Below, one piece after another: positions 25,512 to 39,606 of a DNA stretch of 64,000 bases. The number at the start of each line of letters is the position of its first letter. The first letter of the stretch is position 1. The position numbers were made by a program, and so were the translations under genes. The DNA lies in the NCBI RefSeq assembly GCF_006345805.1, contig NC_042999.1, positions 104,532,001-104,596,000 on the forward strand, given 5' to 3'. The notes beneath the pieces are model-generated. The model had not been told where the DNA came from. It was given only the letters and a program-made list of their open reading frames with translations, and made no database searches. The DNA is from Octopus sinensis. Taxonomy: Eukaryota.

Positions 25512-26595
25512 GGGGATGGAGCAAGAGAGGTAAAGAGAGTGTGGGAGAAATAAAGGTGGATGAGTTGTTTAAAAATGAAACAAATTTGGTGCCATCTGAG
25601 CGAGATGTATTCATTATAAGACTTTAGAACATTATATGTATTCAGTCATTAATATTATATTTTTAATCAGTATTTATCAGTTAAAATATTAATTGATCTG
25701 TTGCAATTTGCAGATCAATCTCGCCCCAAGCAATAAAAACAACCAACAAAAAGAGGATACCAGGGAGATGCAGTTTTGTTTATAAAAGATTTTACAACGT
25801 ATTTAATGCTAGATCCGGTGAATTAGATAAGCAATATGGAAAGAAGAATTATGAGTGGAGATTATTAACACTTTTAACGCTCACCGATGAAGATCGGTTT
25901 TGATTTCGTAATAGAAATCACAAATGTTAAAGTTTTCATAGGTATATTAAAACCAACATTCATAATTTAATGTAATAATCTTTCTTTGAATTACATTCCA
26001 AACACTAGCTTGATAATTGTTTCTAATTTAGGGCCAGCAATTTTGAAGGAAGGGATTTAGTTGATACCGTAGCTGGTACTTTATCTAATCGACTCCAAAT
26101 GGGTGAAAGGTAAAAGTGAACTCGGCGGGATTTGTACATAGAATGTAAAGAGTCAGAACAAACACCATAAGGTATTTTCTTTGATGCTCTAACGGTTCCG
26201 CCAGCTTACCATTTTTACATCCTTTCTGTCATAACCAAAAGGCCTGAGATTATGGCATAAGGGGCTAGTCGATTATAGTGACCCCAGTGTTCAACTGGAA
26301 CTTATTTCATCGACCCTGAAAAGATGAAAGGCAAAGTCAACCTCGGAAGAATTTGAACACAGAACGTAATGACAGCTAAGCATTTTGTCCGGCATACTAG
26401 CGATTCTGCTAGCTCACCACCATCCACCAGCTTTATAATAAAAATGTTATGTTTTCTAGTTTGTTCTAAATACCTAACTATTTTAAAACATTGATTAAAA
26501 CACGGATAATGTATTTCATTAAAATATCATCAAGGAAGTTCTAAGTAGATATAATGCTTAGTAAGTTTAACTTAATAATATAGTACTATATATTG

Positions 26596-26838
26596 CTGGA
26601 AAAGGCGGCGAGCTGGCAGAAACGTTAGCACGACGGGCGAAATGCCGTTGCCGTATTTCGTCTGTCGTTACGTTCCGAGTTCAAATTCCGCCGAAGTCGA
26701 CTTTGCCTTTCATCCTTTCGGGGTCGATAAATTAAGTACCAATTACACACTGGGGTTGATGCAATCGATTTAATCCGTTTGTCTGTCCTTGTTTGTCCCC
26801 TCTGTGTTTAGCCCCTTGTGGGTAGTAAAGAAATAAAC
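26596..26838 (+). mobile_element. Family M SINE, full monomer with 16-bp target-site duplication
   Basis: ATAGTACTATATATTG at 26580-26595 and 26839-26854 flanks head, Meta-like body and tail. Confidence 0.92.
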
Positions 26839-27234
26839 ATAGTACTATATATTGTGCTATACAGTGCATGCGCATTTTGTTATGGGTTAGTGGTTGTTTA
26901 GCTCTATGAAGTTTTGGGCTATGAAAATGAAATTAAGCCTGTGTGATGTGATTTTCACTATACACAAAACACGGTATGATTAACAAAGGTTAACTGAAAT
27001 ATCATTGTATGTATTGAGAGGATTATGATTTTATATGTTTAATAGTATATCCGTGTCGTCAAATGCCATATTTTTATTATTTATAGAGAATATTCTTGCT
27101 GTAATGGAATGTAAAGAATTAAGAATAGTATTTCAACTAAAATAATCAACGATGACATTGTTTATAAATTTCATGATATAAATCTGGAGCATAAGAAGGA
27201 CAACATATATAACTATTCACAAACCCCCACAAAC

Positions 27235-27371
<137 letters not shown>

Positions 27372-28598
27372 ATACACATGTATCGTTTGTAATTCGTCCG
27401 TTTGTAGATATCTGAGTAAGTGAAGTTTTCATGTAATTCTTCTTTCAGTATACGAACAGTTTACGAAGATTATGAAATAAGTGCATGATTATAAATTTTT
27501 ATATGGTTTTCTTTTGAAACACAAATCGTGTCACCAATTTAGTATATGAAATGACTTTTACCAACTCTATTATGATATCTCTAAGAAGGAAGTCATGTCT
27601 GAGAAATTTAATTTTACGTATATTTACTAAAAGACTTCCATATAATACAAATGTTTCTGTACTTGAAGCTTATTTGATATAATAAAATATTATGTTTCCT
27701 GTCTAGAAACGTGTTCTTATCATATTTAATTATTATTGAATACTCGTGAATATTAAGACAGAATCAGTTTTCGTATAATATGAAACAAGTCACAGAATTA
27801 AATATGTTTTCGTGCATATAGCGTAGGTCTCCAATAAAGCTTGAAAACAAAATCTTTAATATATAAACATATTCAGTAACACGCAATTGATTTTCATATG
27901 TCCGACTGTTACGAAACCACCCAGAAGCAGCTTTTGGATAGACATCAGCATGATATTGATTCCACAATTGTATAAGTACATGGCGTGTCATTCGTCTGAA
28001 TAAATACAGTTGTACAGATTACAATTCTTTTAGATCTTAACATTCCTACTTGGAGACTTATTTCTTCTATTTCAAAAATGATATTAAAATTATCTTTTAC
28101 AAAATATTAATATTACTGAAACGAGCAAAAGAAGAATAAATGAAAAATGCTATAAGTTCGCGCAGGTATAGAAGTTGCTTTCACAATTTGCTGTTAATCA
28201 AATTATTTTGCTCTATTATCACAAAGGAAATAGCATATACATTATGAACCAATGAGCGGCTCTCTACGTGGTCATTGATCACTCGGTTATAAAATACCGG
28301 ACATACTTGCCTCTAAAAACGCTCCCGTATTGTTTTAAATAAAGAGAGGATACACTATATAATGTAATCTAAGATATACCTAAAATCTCTGATTATAACA
28401 AGAATGCCTTCAGCCATAAAGTGGTCTATGAGAGTTGACAGGGGCTAAATAACCACAATAAAAACATGGTTGCAACAACAACAAATACGATAACCTCATT
28501 GGCAACAACAAAGTTAACAACATGTATTGCTAGGACAAGCCATCTTTCAGTGCACTGTCCATTTAACAAATGGTTCTACTACTACTACTACTACTACT

Positions 28599-28646
<48 letters not shown>

Positions 28647-28960
28647 GTGAAGGCGCATGGCTTAGTTGCTAGGGATATTCGGCTCGCGATAGTAAAGTCT
28701 TGAGTTCGATTCCATGCAGCACTTTGTGTCGTTGAGCAAGGCGCTTTATTTCATGTTGCTCCAGTCCACTCAACTGGCAGAAATGAATTGTACATGTAAT
28801 CCAAAGGGTCAGCCTTGTCACATTCTGTGTTACGCTGAATCTCCCTGAGAATTACGTTAAGGGCACGCGTGTCTGTGGAGTGCTCAGCCACTGGCACGTT
28901 AATTTCACGTGCAGGCTCTTTCGTTGATCGGATCGTCGTCGCAACCGATGGTGTGCTGTC
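28647..28960 (+). mobile_element. Family A SINE between (TAC)n tracts
   Basis: Homologous to the reverse complement of 1-309; flanked by (TAC)n 28577-28646 and (TAC)n(TGC)n(TAC)n 28970-29087. Confidence 0.85.
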
Positions 28961-28968
28961 CCTGTCTG

Positions 28969-29010
<42 letters not shown>

Positions 29011-29038
29011 GCTGTTGCTGCTGCTGCTGCTGCTGCTG

Positions 29039-29087
<49 letters not shown>

Positions 29088-29164
29088 ATGCTTCTAAGGC
29101 GGTAAGGTGTGATTCGAGAGATATTTGGCAGCTGTTAGTAGCAAGTTGAGCCATAACGTAACGG

Positions 29165-29560
29165 TTACTCTTTACTCTTTTACTTGTTTCAGTCATTTGA
29201 CTGCGGCCATGCTGGAGCACCGCCTTTAGTCGAGCAAATCGACCCCGGGACTTATTCTTTGTAAGCCCAGTACTTATTATATCGGTCTCTTTTGCCGAAC
29301 CGCTAAGTGACGGGGACGTAAACACCACAGCATCGGTTGTCAAGCAATGCTAGGGGGACAAACACAGACACACAGACACACACACACATACCTATATATA
29401 CATATATACGACAGGCTTCTTTCAGTTTCCGTCTACCAAATCCACTCACAAGGCATTGGTCGGCCCAGGGCTATAGCAGAAGACACTTGGCCAAGATGCC
29501 ACGCAGTGGGACTGAACCCGGAACCATGTGGTTGGTTAGCAAGCTACTTACCACACAGCC
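29165..29560 (-). mobile_element. Family B SINE, near full length
   Basis: tRNA-like head, CORE-like CTTGGCCAAGTGTCTTC, internal (TA)/(TG) linker, tail CTGAAACAAGT(AAAAGAGT)n. Confidence 0.9.
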
Positions 29561-29636
29561 ATTCCGTCGTTGTCTAGATTATTTGTTCTTTGTCCTCACT
29601 TAGATATATTTTACCCGCATTTTCTGTTATCAATAG

Positions 29637-29836
29637 CCAAGATCTAAAGACATCTGTACGTGACATTTAGAGTTTTGCAAGACGATTATAGTAAATTCTT
29701 TGATAAACTTAATAACAATCTCTAAATGGCGATCGTAATCATCATAGCTGTTCTGTTCTGTTCAGTGTTCTTATCAGGAAATATGAATTACGTGTGCTTG
29801 TCTTTGGCAGAAACAAGTAATAAAACGAAACCGAAG
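29637..29836 (+). CDS. Candidate first coding exon with signal-peptide-like N-terminus (ATG 29726; MAIVIIIAVLFCSVFLSG...KTKPK)
   Basis: ATTTTCTGTTATCAATAG| acceptor, in-frame TAA directly before the ATG, hydrophobic N-terminus, AAG|GTAACA donor in phase 0; no family recognised. Confidence 0.3.
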
Positions 29837-30077
29837 GTAACATCTGTTATAATTGTGAAAATATTGTTTCTATCTTTTAATAATTATAGTTGTTCTCCAA
29901 TTCGATCTAATTTTATTATTCCCGTCCAGGGGCTAATAGTAGTTATTTCAGTACACTACAACATTTATATTAGATATTCATATTACCAATGGGTATAACG
30001 TTTAATATTGGCAATATTAATAACGTTGCGACAATACCAGTAGCAGTACCAGCAAAGAACAATTTACAACAACAGCA

Positions 30078-30145
<68 letters not shown>

Positions 30146-30856
30146 TGAGGACGACGGCGGCGGCGACGACGACGACGACGCCAACAACAACAACAGTACT
30201 GTATGCTTACGATTGGAAGTTATTTAATTATAGGTGTCGCTCAGATTTGACTTGAGGCTTAATAACAATAACAACATCTTCACGACGACGACGACGACGA
30301 CGAGCACCATGACCACCATCACGACCTCCATCACCACTACCATCACCATCACTACTACCATCACCATCACCACTCCCACCATCAACAACTTAACACTAAG
30401 CTGGCACTATTACATTGTTATTTCACTATGAATGAACAGATTAATCTTTTGCGACGTCTGTCTCTTTGTAGACTTGATTTGACTATAAAATATATTTCTT
30501 ACAATTGGCAGAAAGCCACAAATCGGTAGAGGAGTATTAGTTATAAGTCAATTGCATTGATCTCAGTCAACAAGAGATTCACAACGTAATCACTGGGGCA
30601 AATGGTTGAAATAAAAACCAAATCTCCCTCAAAGAACGCACTACCTTCTTAAAAGTGGAAGGATACAAGGGAGTGCTTAAAAGTTCATGGCTTTAAGGGT
30701 ATCGTGAATGGTCTGTCTCGAGGGACCCAACCTCCCGAGTTCTTTTACAGGGCTTAGAAAAACTGAAAGACCGCTGCAAATAAGTGTGTAAGTCTGAGAG
30801 GGGAATATGTTGAATAAAATCATAATTAACTGACCATCCCATATTTTCTTTTATCT

Positions 30857-31250
30857 TATTTCTTTATTGCCCACAAGGGGCTAAACATAGAGGGGACAAA
30901 CAAGGACAGACAAACGGATTAAGTCGATTATATCGACCCCAGTGCGTAACTGATACTTAATTTATCGACCCCAGAAGGAAGAAAGACAAAGTCGACCTTG
31001 GCGGAATTTGATCTCAGAACGTAACGGCAGACGAAATACCCATTTCTTTATTACCCACAAGGAGCTAAACACAGAAGGGGACAACAAGGACAGGCAAAGG
31101 GACTAAGTCGATTATATCGACCCCAGTGCGTAACTGGTACTTAATTTATCGATCCCTAAAGGATGAAAGGCAAAGTCGACCTTAGCGGAATTTGAACTCA
31201 GAACGTAATGGCAGACGAAATACCGCTAGGTATTTTGCCCGGCGAGCTAA
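30857..31250 (-). mobile_element. Family M SINE dimer (head plus two 184-nt units)
   Basis: Units 31041-31224 and 30857-31040; second unit restarts at the internal GGTATTTC. Confidence 0.9.
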
Positions 31251-31839
31251 TGCCTGGCACTTTTCAGCACACCCTCGTACATTAGACCAGACCGTATGAG
31301 ACATGGCTTATCATAAAGCGGGTTGTACTACTTAAAGTAGTAAAGGCAAATTTTCGTTAGGCATGTCATTCAGAAAGAGAGATCATATGAAACTTTCCAA
31401 GAAGATCTGATACATATTGCTATTATTGTGTAGCCACCCAAGGTCAGTCCTGATCGAAGCATTCTAAGTGTGACCATAACATCTCATTTTCAGATGTATG
31501 TTTAGGACTGTAAAATCCATTGTGACCTTCCTCAAGTCCACCTCAAAATCGACAAACAAAAACAAAACGGCAATTTGTTACTTGTATTACGTTGAGCGAC
31601 CATATAGAGCATCTTCGGACAATGTATGATACATGTATGAGCAATAACATACCACATGTATTTAAGGGACACACGAGGAATAGCCATGACTGATGTAAAA
31701 AGTAGACCTTTTAAGCTTTTACAAGTTATCCGCAAGCATTTACTAAAATATATTCCAATAACAGGATTATTATTAATGAAATTCAAATTCAGGCACATTG
31801 GACCAATAGAGTCTGCCATCACTGATGCTGACGTTTCCT

Positions 31840-31901
<62 letters not shown>

Positions 31902-32318
31902 TGTGTGTGTGTATGTAGGTAATTATTTTAAAATATTCTTGCAAATAGGTGATTAAAAACACTGCAGAAAAAACAAGTAGTCAAATTATCGTCTATAATA
32001 TCAAGTAATTCAAATGTTTTAGTAAAATCACAAATTACAGCATAGAGCAGATTTGGCTCTTAAAACCAACTGATGACCCTAACAGATACGTTGCAATTTT
32101 TATATCTGCTTCATCAGCATTACGTCAAGGTAACTGAGGTGTATACTCAAGCTGACGAGGTTTAACGATATCGGAACTGTTCAATTGCTGTCAGCAGTTG
32201 GCTTTACATACATCCATTCTTAACTGCAGTATTATACATACACACATACATAATACATACATATATACATGCATTGTATATATATATATATACATACATA
32301 CGCACACACACACACACA

Positions 32319-32368
<50 letters not shown>

Positions 32369-33102
32369 ATAATATATATATATATATATAATATATGCAA
32401 AGTAATTGTGCTTATTTTCCATCAACTTGGATTAAGTGATGGTAGATTATTTATCTTCCTTGTTTCAAAGTTTTAAAATAGTTTTTCGAAGATATTGTCT
32501 TCTGGTTGCAAACATAATCTCAGTTAACCGAAGTTTTATAAGTCATTTTGCTACATATGAGGGACTATCATGTGCGCATTTATGATATAGAACACCCCGC
32601 TCTAATATATATGTATGCATGTATATATGCGCGTGTGCGTGCGCGTGCGTGCTTGCGTTGTGCGTGACTGTGTGTGTGTGTCTCTGTATGTATGTACGCA
32701 TGCATGTATGTATGTATGTATGTGTGTACTGATCCTGGATAGACTGCCAACTTATGACAACAGATTCTCCAGTGAGTGGTAGAAAACAGCACGTTCAATC
32801 AACGAATCAATAAATCATCAATTTTTTTCCAATATTGATTTCTGATATTAGTAATCATTTCCCCCCCCCAGTATTGATATTGAATACATCCATGAATTAT
32901 GCTACATACAACTTCCCTATCATATCATATCTTACTATTATAAATAAAGACTATCTTATTTGACAACGATACCACAGAGTTGAGATGGTCCTAAGTGGAA
33001 CGACTATGTTCATGATTCTGCTCGATCAACGCTAATCTGCATTTAAAGAGCAATAATTTTAAGTTAAGTTGCTTGTTGATAATTCTTTCACAGACGGATA
33101 TA

Positions 33103-33672
33103 TATTTCTTTATTGCCTACAGAGGGCTAAACATTGAGGGGACACACAAGAACAGACAAACGGATTAACTCGATTACATCGACCCCAGTGCGTAACTAGT
33201 ACTTATTTAATCGACCCCGAAAGGATGAAAGGCAAAGTGAACCAAGAACGACAAAATACCTATTTCTTTACTATCTACGAGGGGCTAAACACAGAGAGGA
33301 CAAACAAGGACAGACAAACGGATTAAGTCGATTATATCGACCCCAGTGCGTAACTGGTACTTATCTAATCAACCCCTAAAGGATGAAAGGCAAAGTCGAC
33401 CTCGGCGGAATTTGAACTCAGAGCGTAGCGGCAGATGAAATACCTATTTCTTTATTACCCACAAGGGGCTAAACATAGAGGGGACAAACAAGGGCAGACA
33501 TAGGTATTAAGTCGATTATATCGACCCCAGTGCGTAACTGGTACTTAATTTATCGACCCCGAAAGGATGAAAGGCAAAGTCGACCTCGGCGGAATTTGAA
33601 CTCAGAACGTAACGGCAGACGAAATACCGCTACGCTTTTCGCCCGGCGTGCTAACGATTCTGCCAGCTCGCC
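33103..33672 (-). mobile_element. Family M SINE trimer (head plus 184 + 184 + about 158 nt)
   Basis: Units 33445-33628, 33261-33444, 33103-33260 with the AAATAG|GTATTT junction. Confidence 0.92.
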
Positions 33673-34410
33673 ACCCTAGCGATTGCTTTTTAAATGAATG
33701 ACTATATCACTTTAATGGCAATAACCAAGTGCATTCGCTGTGCTTCCCTTCAAACAGCCATACACAATACACTACTTATATAACGTTAGTCAATTCCGCG
33801 CTTTATCATAAAATTTTTTTTTCTCACATGTTCCCCTCTTTCGATAAATGTCAGCAGACAAAGGTGCAGCATGTTTCTAAGCACACACAGACGAAACACT
33901 TGATAAAGTCGAATCATTGACTACGGCTTAACATTCTTCCGTACTAAATGAATGAGAAATATAAAACTCGTTAAGATTGGTTTTATTCTCAAGTCAAATT
34001 AGCTAAATAGATAATTCATCATCCTATCGTATTGGAAATGTTTCGTTGTTTTTCGCCAAGAGCAAAGTTAGACTTGTTAAAGAAGCTACATGCCATATAA
34101 GTCCTCTGAGAGATACATAGCATACCTTGTATCGTTTATCCATTTAACATTGGAGAAATCGGAGATTACCTTAACGAAAGGAACAAGTTAACTAATTCAT
34201 AGCACACTCTAGCTGCCATTTTCAAAAAGTTGGCAGATGATATACAATTTTCCTGTTCAAATCCTTCTTAAATATATAAAATAAAATAAAAATATCTAAA
34301 TGTATGGTACAATTTCCTATTATATGTGTATATCGTAAATGCATATATATATATATATATATATCTATATATATATATATATTATATATATATATATCAT
34401 ATATATATAT

Positions 34411-34441
<31 letters not shown>

Positions 34442-34509
34442 ATAATATATAAATATATAATATATGTTTAGTTTTAGCCCTCTGTAGGCAATAAAGAATA
34501 TATATCCGT

Positions 34510-37490
34510 CTGGTGAAACCCACTAAAATATGGGTAAAATTCCTTACCTTAGGGACTTGAGCACAGCAAACCATGGCAATATGCATAGCACTGACTGAAA
34601 CGCACCTGTCAAGCAGTATAGCAGATGCAGAAATACACATACCGAAGTATACTGTTTTTTCGTCGGACAGGAAGGAAAGAACTCATGGTGGGGTTGCCCT
34701 GTACTCCGTGAAGATGTCACACCCATAGTACTGTTTTGACACCCTCCAACTCAGTCTGTGACACACTGATAGTACACATGAAACAACCGAAAATAGTAAT
34801 ATTGTGTCACATATCGGGCCACCAGACACCCCTAGTCATGAAGGAGTGTTTGAAGATAGCCTCAGAAGAATAGAAGAAGTCCTGGACAAACTGGACCAGG
34901 TAACACCATTCTACTGCTGGGAGATTTTAACCTTCCGAAAGTCAAATGGCCAGATGGCCATCTCCTCCCTGGAATGACACTCACTTGAACAGAGACAGAC
35001 AGAGTCCTTGTTGGCTCTCACAGGCAAGTTTTTCATGGAGCAAGCAGTGCTTTGGCCAACAAGAGGTGAGAATGTCTTGGACCTCTGTTCACAAGCAACC
35101 CGATGCTCATCCACAACTAATGGTACACCAACTTCTCTCAGATCACAACTTAGTAGAGGTAATGATATATGGTATGAGAGAGTTAGTGAGACGCAGCCAT
35201 TAGAAAATACCACAGGCCTATCCATCTAAACTTCATAAGGCAAACTGGAAGAAGATCAATGAAGAGATCCGAAAACATGACTGAGTGACTTCATCACCAC
35301 ACAAGACACCAACACACATTTCCACATTTCATGACAACAATACAGAACATATGCCATAAGTTTGTCCCGGAGAAAAAAGCCAGCGGGCATAGGAACGTTA
35401 TTCCCAGAGACAGGAAAATACTTATGAGGCGAAGAGCTAAGCTCTCGAAGCAACTGAATGCACGGCAGAGAAACAATGAGGACTCCACCTGAAACTTTTT
35501 GAAACGGAAACTGCACTCAAACTTTCCTATGAGAAGGAGAGGGCAGAGAGAGAACCCAGGGCCATAGAGAATATAAACAAACCCTAAAGCCTTCTTTAAA
35601 TTTGCGAAAGAAACCACCTCGGTACACTACAAGATTGGCCCACTCTTTTGATAAAAAGGGCTCTCTAACTGAGGACCCCCAAGGGATAAGTGAAATACTA
35701 AAGGAACAGTATAAAAGTTGTTCACATCCCCTCTGGGGCACATGCAAATCACAAACCCAGAAGTTTTCTTTGATACCACAACACTCCAAAACCAAACAAC
35801 AACCATCGACCACATAGACATAACAAGAGGGATGTAATATCTGCCATAGAAGAAATGAGAATAAACTCAGCTGCTGGACCAGATGGATTCCCAGCAGTCC
35901 TCCTAAAAACATGCAGGCATGCCCTAGCGGGACCACTGAACAAGCTCTTCAGTGGTTCCTTGGCTAACGGTAAACTGCCCAGGGCGCTAAAAGAGGCACC
36001 ATATGCCCTATCCACAAAGGAGGGAGTAGAGCAGAGGCCAAAAACTACAGGCCAGTCTCCCTGACGTCACACATAAGTAAGTCATGGAACGAATCATCAG
36101 AAAAAAACTGATCCCGTTCCTCGAAGAAACTAAACCGTCTCACTGACACACAGCATGGCTTTCGCCCAAGGGAGAAGCTGCCTTACGCAGCTGTTACAAC
36201 ACTACGACTGGTACTTGAAACCACTACTGGATCGCTCACAGTGATGTGGTATATCTCGACTTTGCGAAGGCCTTTGACAAAGTCGACCACTGAGTGATAT
36301 GTCCACATTACTCAGACTCGGCATAACAGGAAAAGTAGGTGAGTGGATAACATGACTTCCTGAAGGACAGAAGCCAGATGGTTGCAGCCAATGGAGCCCT
36401 CTCGGGAAGACACCAATAGCAAGCGGGGTGCCGCAGGGCACAGTCTTGGGACCCTTGCTGTTTTTGGTGGCGCTCTCTGACATGCCCTTGGTAGCACAAA
36501 CAACATCCCTCACTAGCTATGCTGATGACACAAAGTAGCACAGGCAATCAAAACCCAGCTGATGCTGACCTTTTACAACAAGATCTGATGCCATATACAA
36601 ATGGGCTGAAGACAACAACATGCAATTTAATGCTGGTAAATTTCAAGCCTTACAATATCAAGCTGTAAACACATATACATTACAACACAACTATACTGGT
36701 CCAGGAGGGATCGAAATCCAGTATCGAAATCAATACGGACCTGGGATAGACATGAGTGACGATGCATCTTTTTCTTCACACGTCGCGAAGGTGCGACAAT
36801 GTGCAGACGACTCACTGGCTGGATCCTGAGGACATTCCGGACAAGAGACTGCGAGACCATGTTGACACTATGGAGGACATTTGTCCTAAGCCGCCTGGAC
36901 TACTGCTCCCAACTGTGGTCACCGCATAGTGTCAAACTAACCACAGAGCTTGAGACAATCCAAAGACATTTCACCAAGAGGATTTCCACCATGAAAGAAA
37001 AGAACTATTGGGAGAGGCTTAGGGAACTCAATTTGTACTCCTTGGAACGAAGACGAGAGAGATATGCAGTGATATACATATGGAAAATCCTGGAGGACTA
37101 GCACCAAATTTTGGAATTGAGAGCTGTTCCAATCCCCGTACAGGACGTCACTGTGTGGGTGCCAAGGTCCCGTCTTCCACATCCAGGGTAAGAGCAGATA
37201 CTGTAATAGCCTGGGGTTCAGGGGCCCTCAGCTTTTCAACAAACTGCCAAGAAAACTAAGAGATCTGCATGATGCGGATGTGGACATTTTCAAAAACATC
37301 TAGACAAGCTGCTTTCCGGGATCCAGATGAACCCACTGCAAGTACGTGGGTACCTAAGGGCAGCAGCTACAAACTCTCTCTTAGATCAGTGCCAGCCACG
37401 GCAAACTGGACTTAGAGAGGGTAGCAACAGGGCGGTGCCCCAGCATGGCCCTCAGCCGGATGGCTGAAACAAGTAAAAATAAAAAAAACA
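34510..37490 (+). mobile_element. CR1/L2-group LINE, most of ORF2 (APE + RT) with frameshifts, and 3' tail
   Basis: ALTETHL and GGVAL (APE), SAAGPDGFPAVLLK, YLDFAKAFDKVDH, SGVPQGTVLGPLLFL, SYADDTK, YCSQLWSPH, LYSLERRRERY. Confidence 0.95.
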
Positions 37491-37523
37491 AAAAAAAGAG
37501 ATATATATGTGTGTGTGTTATAT

Positions 37524-37557
<34 letters not shown>

Positions 37558-37770
37558 ATATATATATATATACACGCATATATATATACGTACACATGTA
37601 TATGCATATATGTGTGTATGGATATACTTACGTGTGTTATGTAAGTAAGCTGACAGCTAGGTTTAATGAAATAAAAAAAAAGGAAGATTATTGTAAGATA
37701 AGCTAATTATTTTTGGTGCGTATGTGTTTATGTGTATGTGTGTATGTATGTAAATATATACATGCATAGA

Positions 37771-37807
<37 letters not shown>

Positions 37808-38282
37808 ATATACATATATACAAACACACACACATATATACGTATGTATATATGGATTTATTTTATATATATATGATATATAATAATCATATATATGTAT
37901 ATATATATATAGATATATAATTAGAGAAAAACCCCCATTAAATAACTTAATAGTGAATATATATATATATATATACATATATATATACACACATATATAC
38001 ATATATACACACACATATATATTTATATATGCGCATACATACATACGTACATACATACATACATACATACATACATACATACATACATACATACATACAT
38101 ACTTTTTACATATATATACCCATTTCACTCAATTCCGTGACAGAATTGACCCATCATTACCACACTTGTAGGAAATATTGAAATTCTCATGACGTTGTTT
38201 GGAATCTGTCCAGCGACTTTTAATTCGATACACACACAACATACTGACAGTTCTTAGTGACTATAAGATGAACACTGTATCC

Positions 38283-38382
<100 letters not shown>

Positions 38383-38421
38383 GTCTGTCTGTCTCTCTGT
38401 CTGTCTGTCTGTCTATCTATC

Positions 38422-38453
<32 letters not shown>

Positions 38454-39185
38454 TTATTTCTTTACCTCTCTATCTTTCGACACATAAATCACACACACAC
38501 ATACACACACGTACACACAACACAACACACGCATATTTGCGTATGATTTTGTATCGAAACAGGGAACGGAATACGTAATGAAAATCTTAATTTATACGGA
38601 TATATACACATATATAATCTCCTTCATACGTCCATAGCGTCTGTCTCTCTGTCTCTCTATGTATATGTATATATATATATATATATACCTGTGTGTGTGT
38701 GCGTGTGCGCTTGTGTATGCATGCCAAAGAATGTAGCTATAGATTTTAAGCCAATCATGTGTGTGTGTGCAGATAAATGGTAACACCTTGTGTTTAGGTA
38801 TATCATCTTCATGGATAGAAATGGAGGGATGGGAAAGACTCTTTTTAATCCTGTGTTGAGATCAGCGTCTGAGTACCCTTCTTAACTATTCACAGACATA
38901 CACTTTATCAAACCATGGGTTTGAAATGTTTAAATGTATAATGCATTCTTAGCAGCTAGATTAGTTAATAAATTATTCGTGCACTTGTGTTTTGTTTCAA
39001 TACCGTACTGTACAACATGATGTATCTATACTTTTTAACCAACATTGTATATATTGTCAGATTTATCCACCTTGTCTGTATATAAAGTTAATACAAACAA
39101 GAAAGCACAAAAAAAACACAACAACGCGAGGACGTGGATCAAATATAGTATTATTGGACGCTCAGGAAAGAAGGAAAGGAGGAGG

Positions 39186-39220
39186 GTTTAACGTTTCGAG
39201 CGGAGCTCTTTGTCGGAAAC
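39186..39220 (-). ncRNA. Extra-A hammerhead family member with mutated core
   Basis: GTTT-CCGACAA-A-GAGC TCC GCTC-GAAA-CGT-T-AAAC. Confidence 0.4.
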
Positions 39221-39606
39221 ATAGGAGAAGGAAAGATCCAGAGATGGGAAGACAGAGGAAAAAAATCGCCAACGGTACACACGAGGTCACATTTTGTCTG
39301 TATATAAGTCATTTTTGAGGATTTGTTGCAATCCAGTTTTGGGTTTCATCAGCGACTGAAAACTTTGTTTTAGCTTTCCACGGTGATATTTCTGATCAAC
39401 TCACCGCTACTTGGGCTTACGTAAATTAGATTGATCATTGTTTTATATATAACGCATTCTTGGCTGCTAGTTTGGGTAATAATTTTCAAGGTATATGTGA
39501 TCGTGTATTACATACAGCATTGGTTAAAATCAATGCACATATATGTTGTGTACGTAAATAGACTGTTTATAGAGTGAGGGAAAATTCTGTATATGTATAT
39601 ATAGAC

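Noticed and set aside
31532-31922. Overlapping 96-aa and 88-aa ORFs in unique sequence
   Set aside because: No recognisable family, and the phase does not join sensibly to the 29637-29836 candidate exon.
32070-32117. CTGATGA on both strands as hammerhead cores
   Set aside because: No GAAA, stem III or NUH at suitable positions; only a short imperfect inverted repeat.
30857-33672. Regularly spaced repeats as a CRISPR-like array
   Set aside because: Units are 184-nt SINE bodies with no unique spacers, the DNA is eukaryotic and there are no cas genes.
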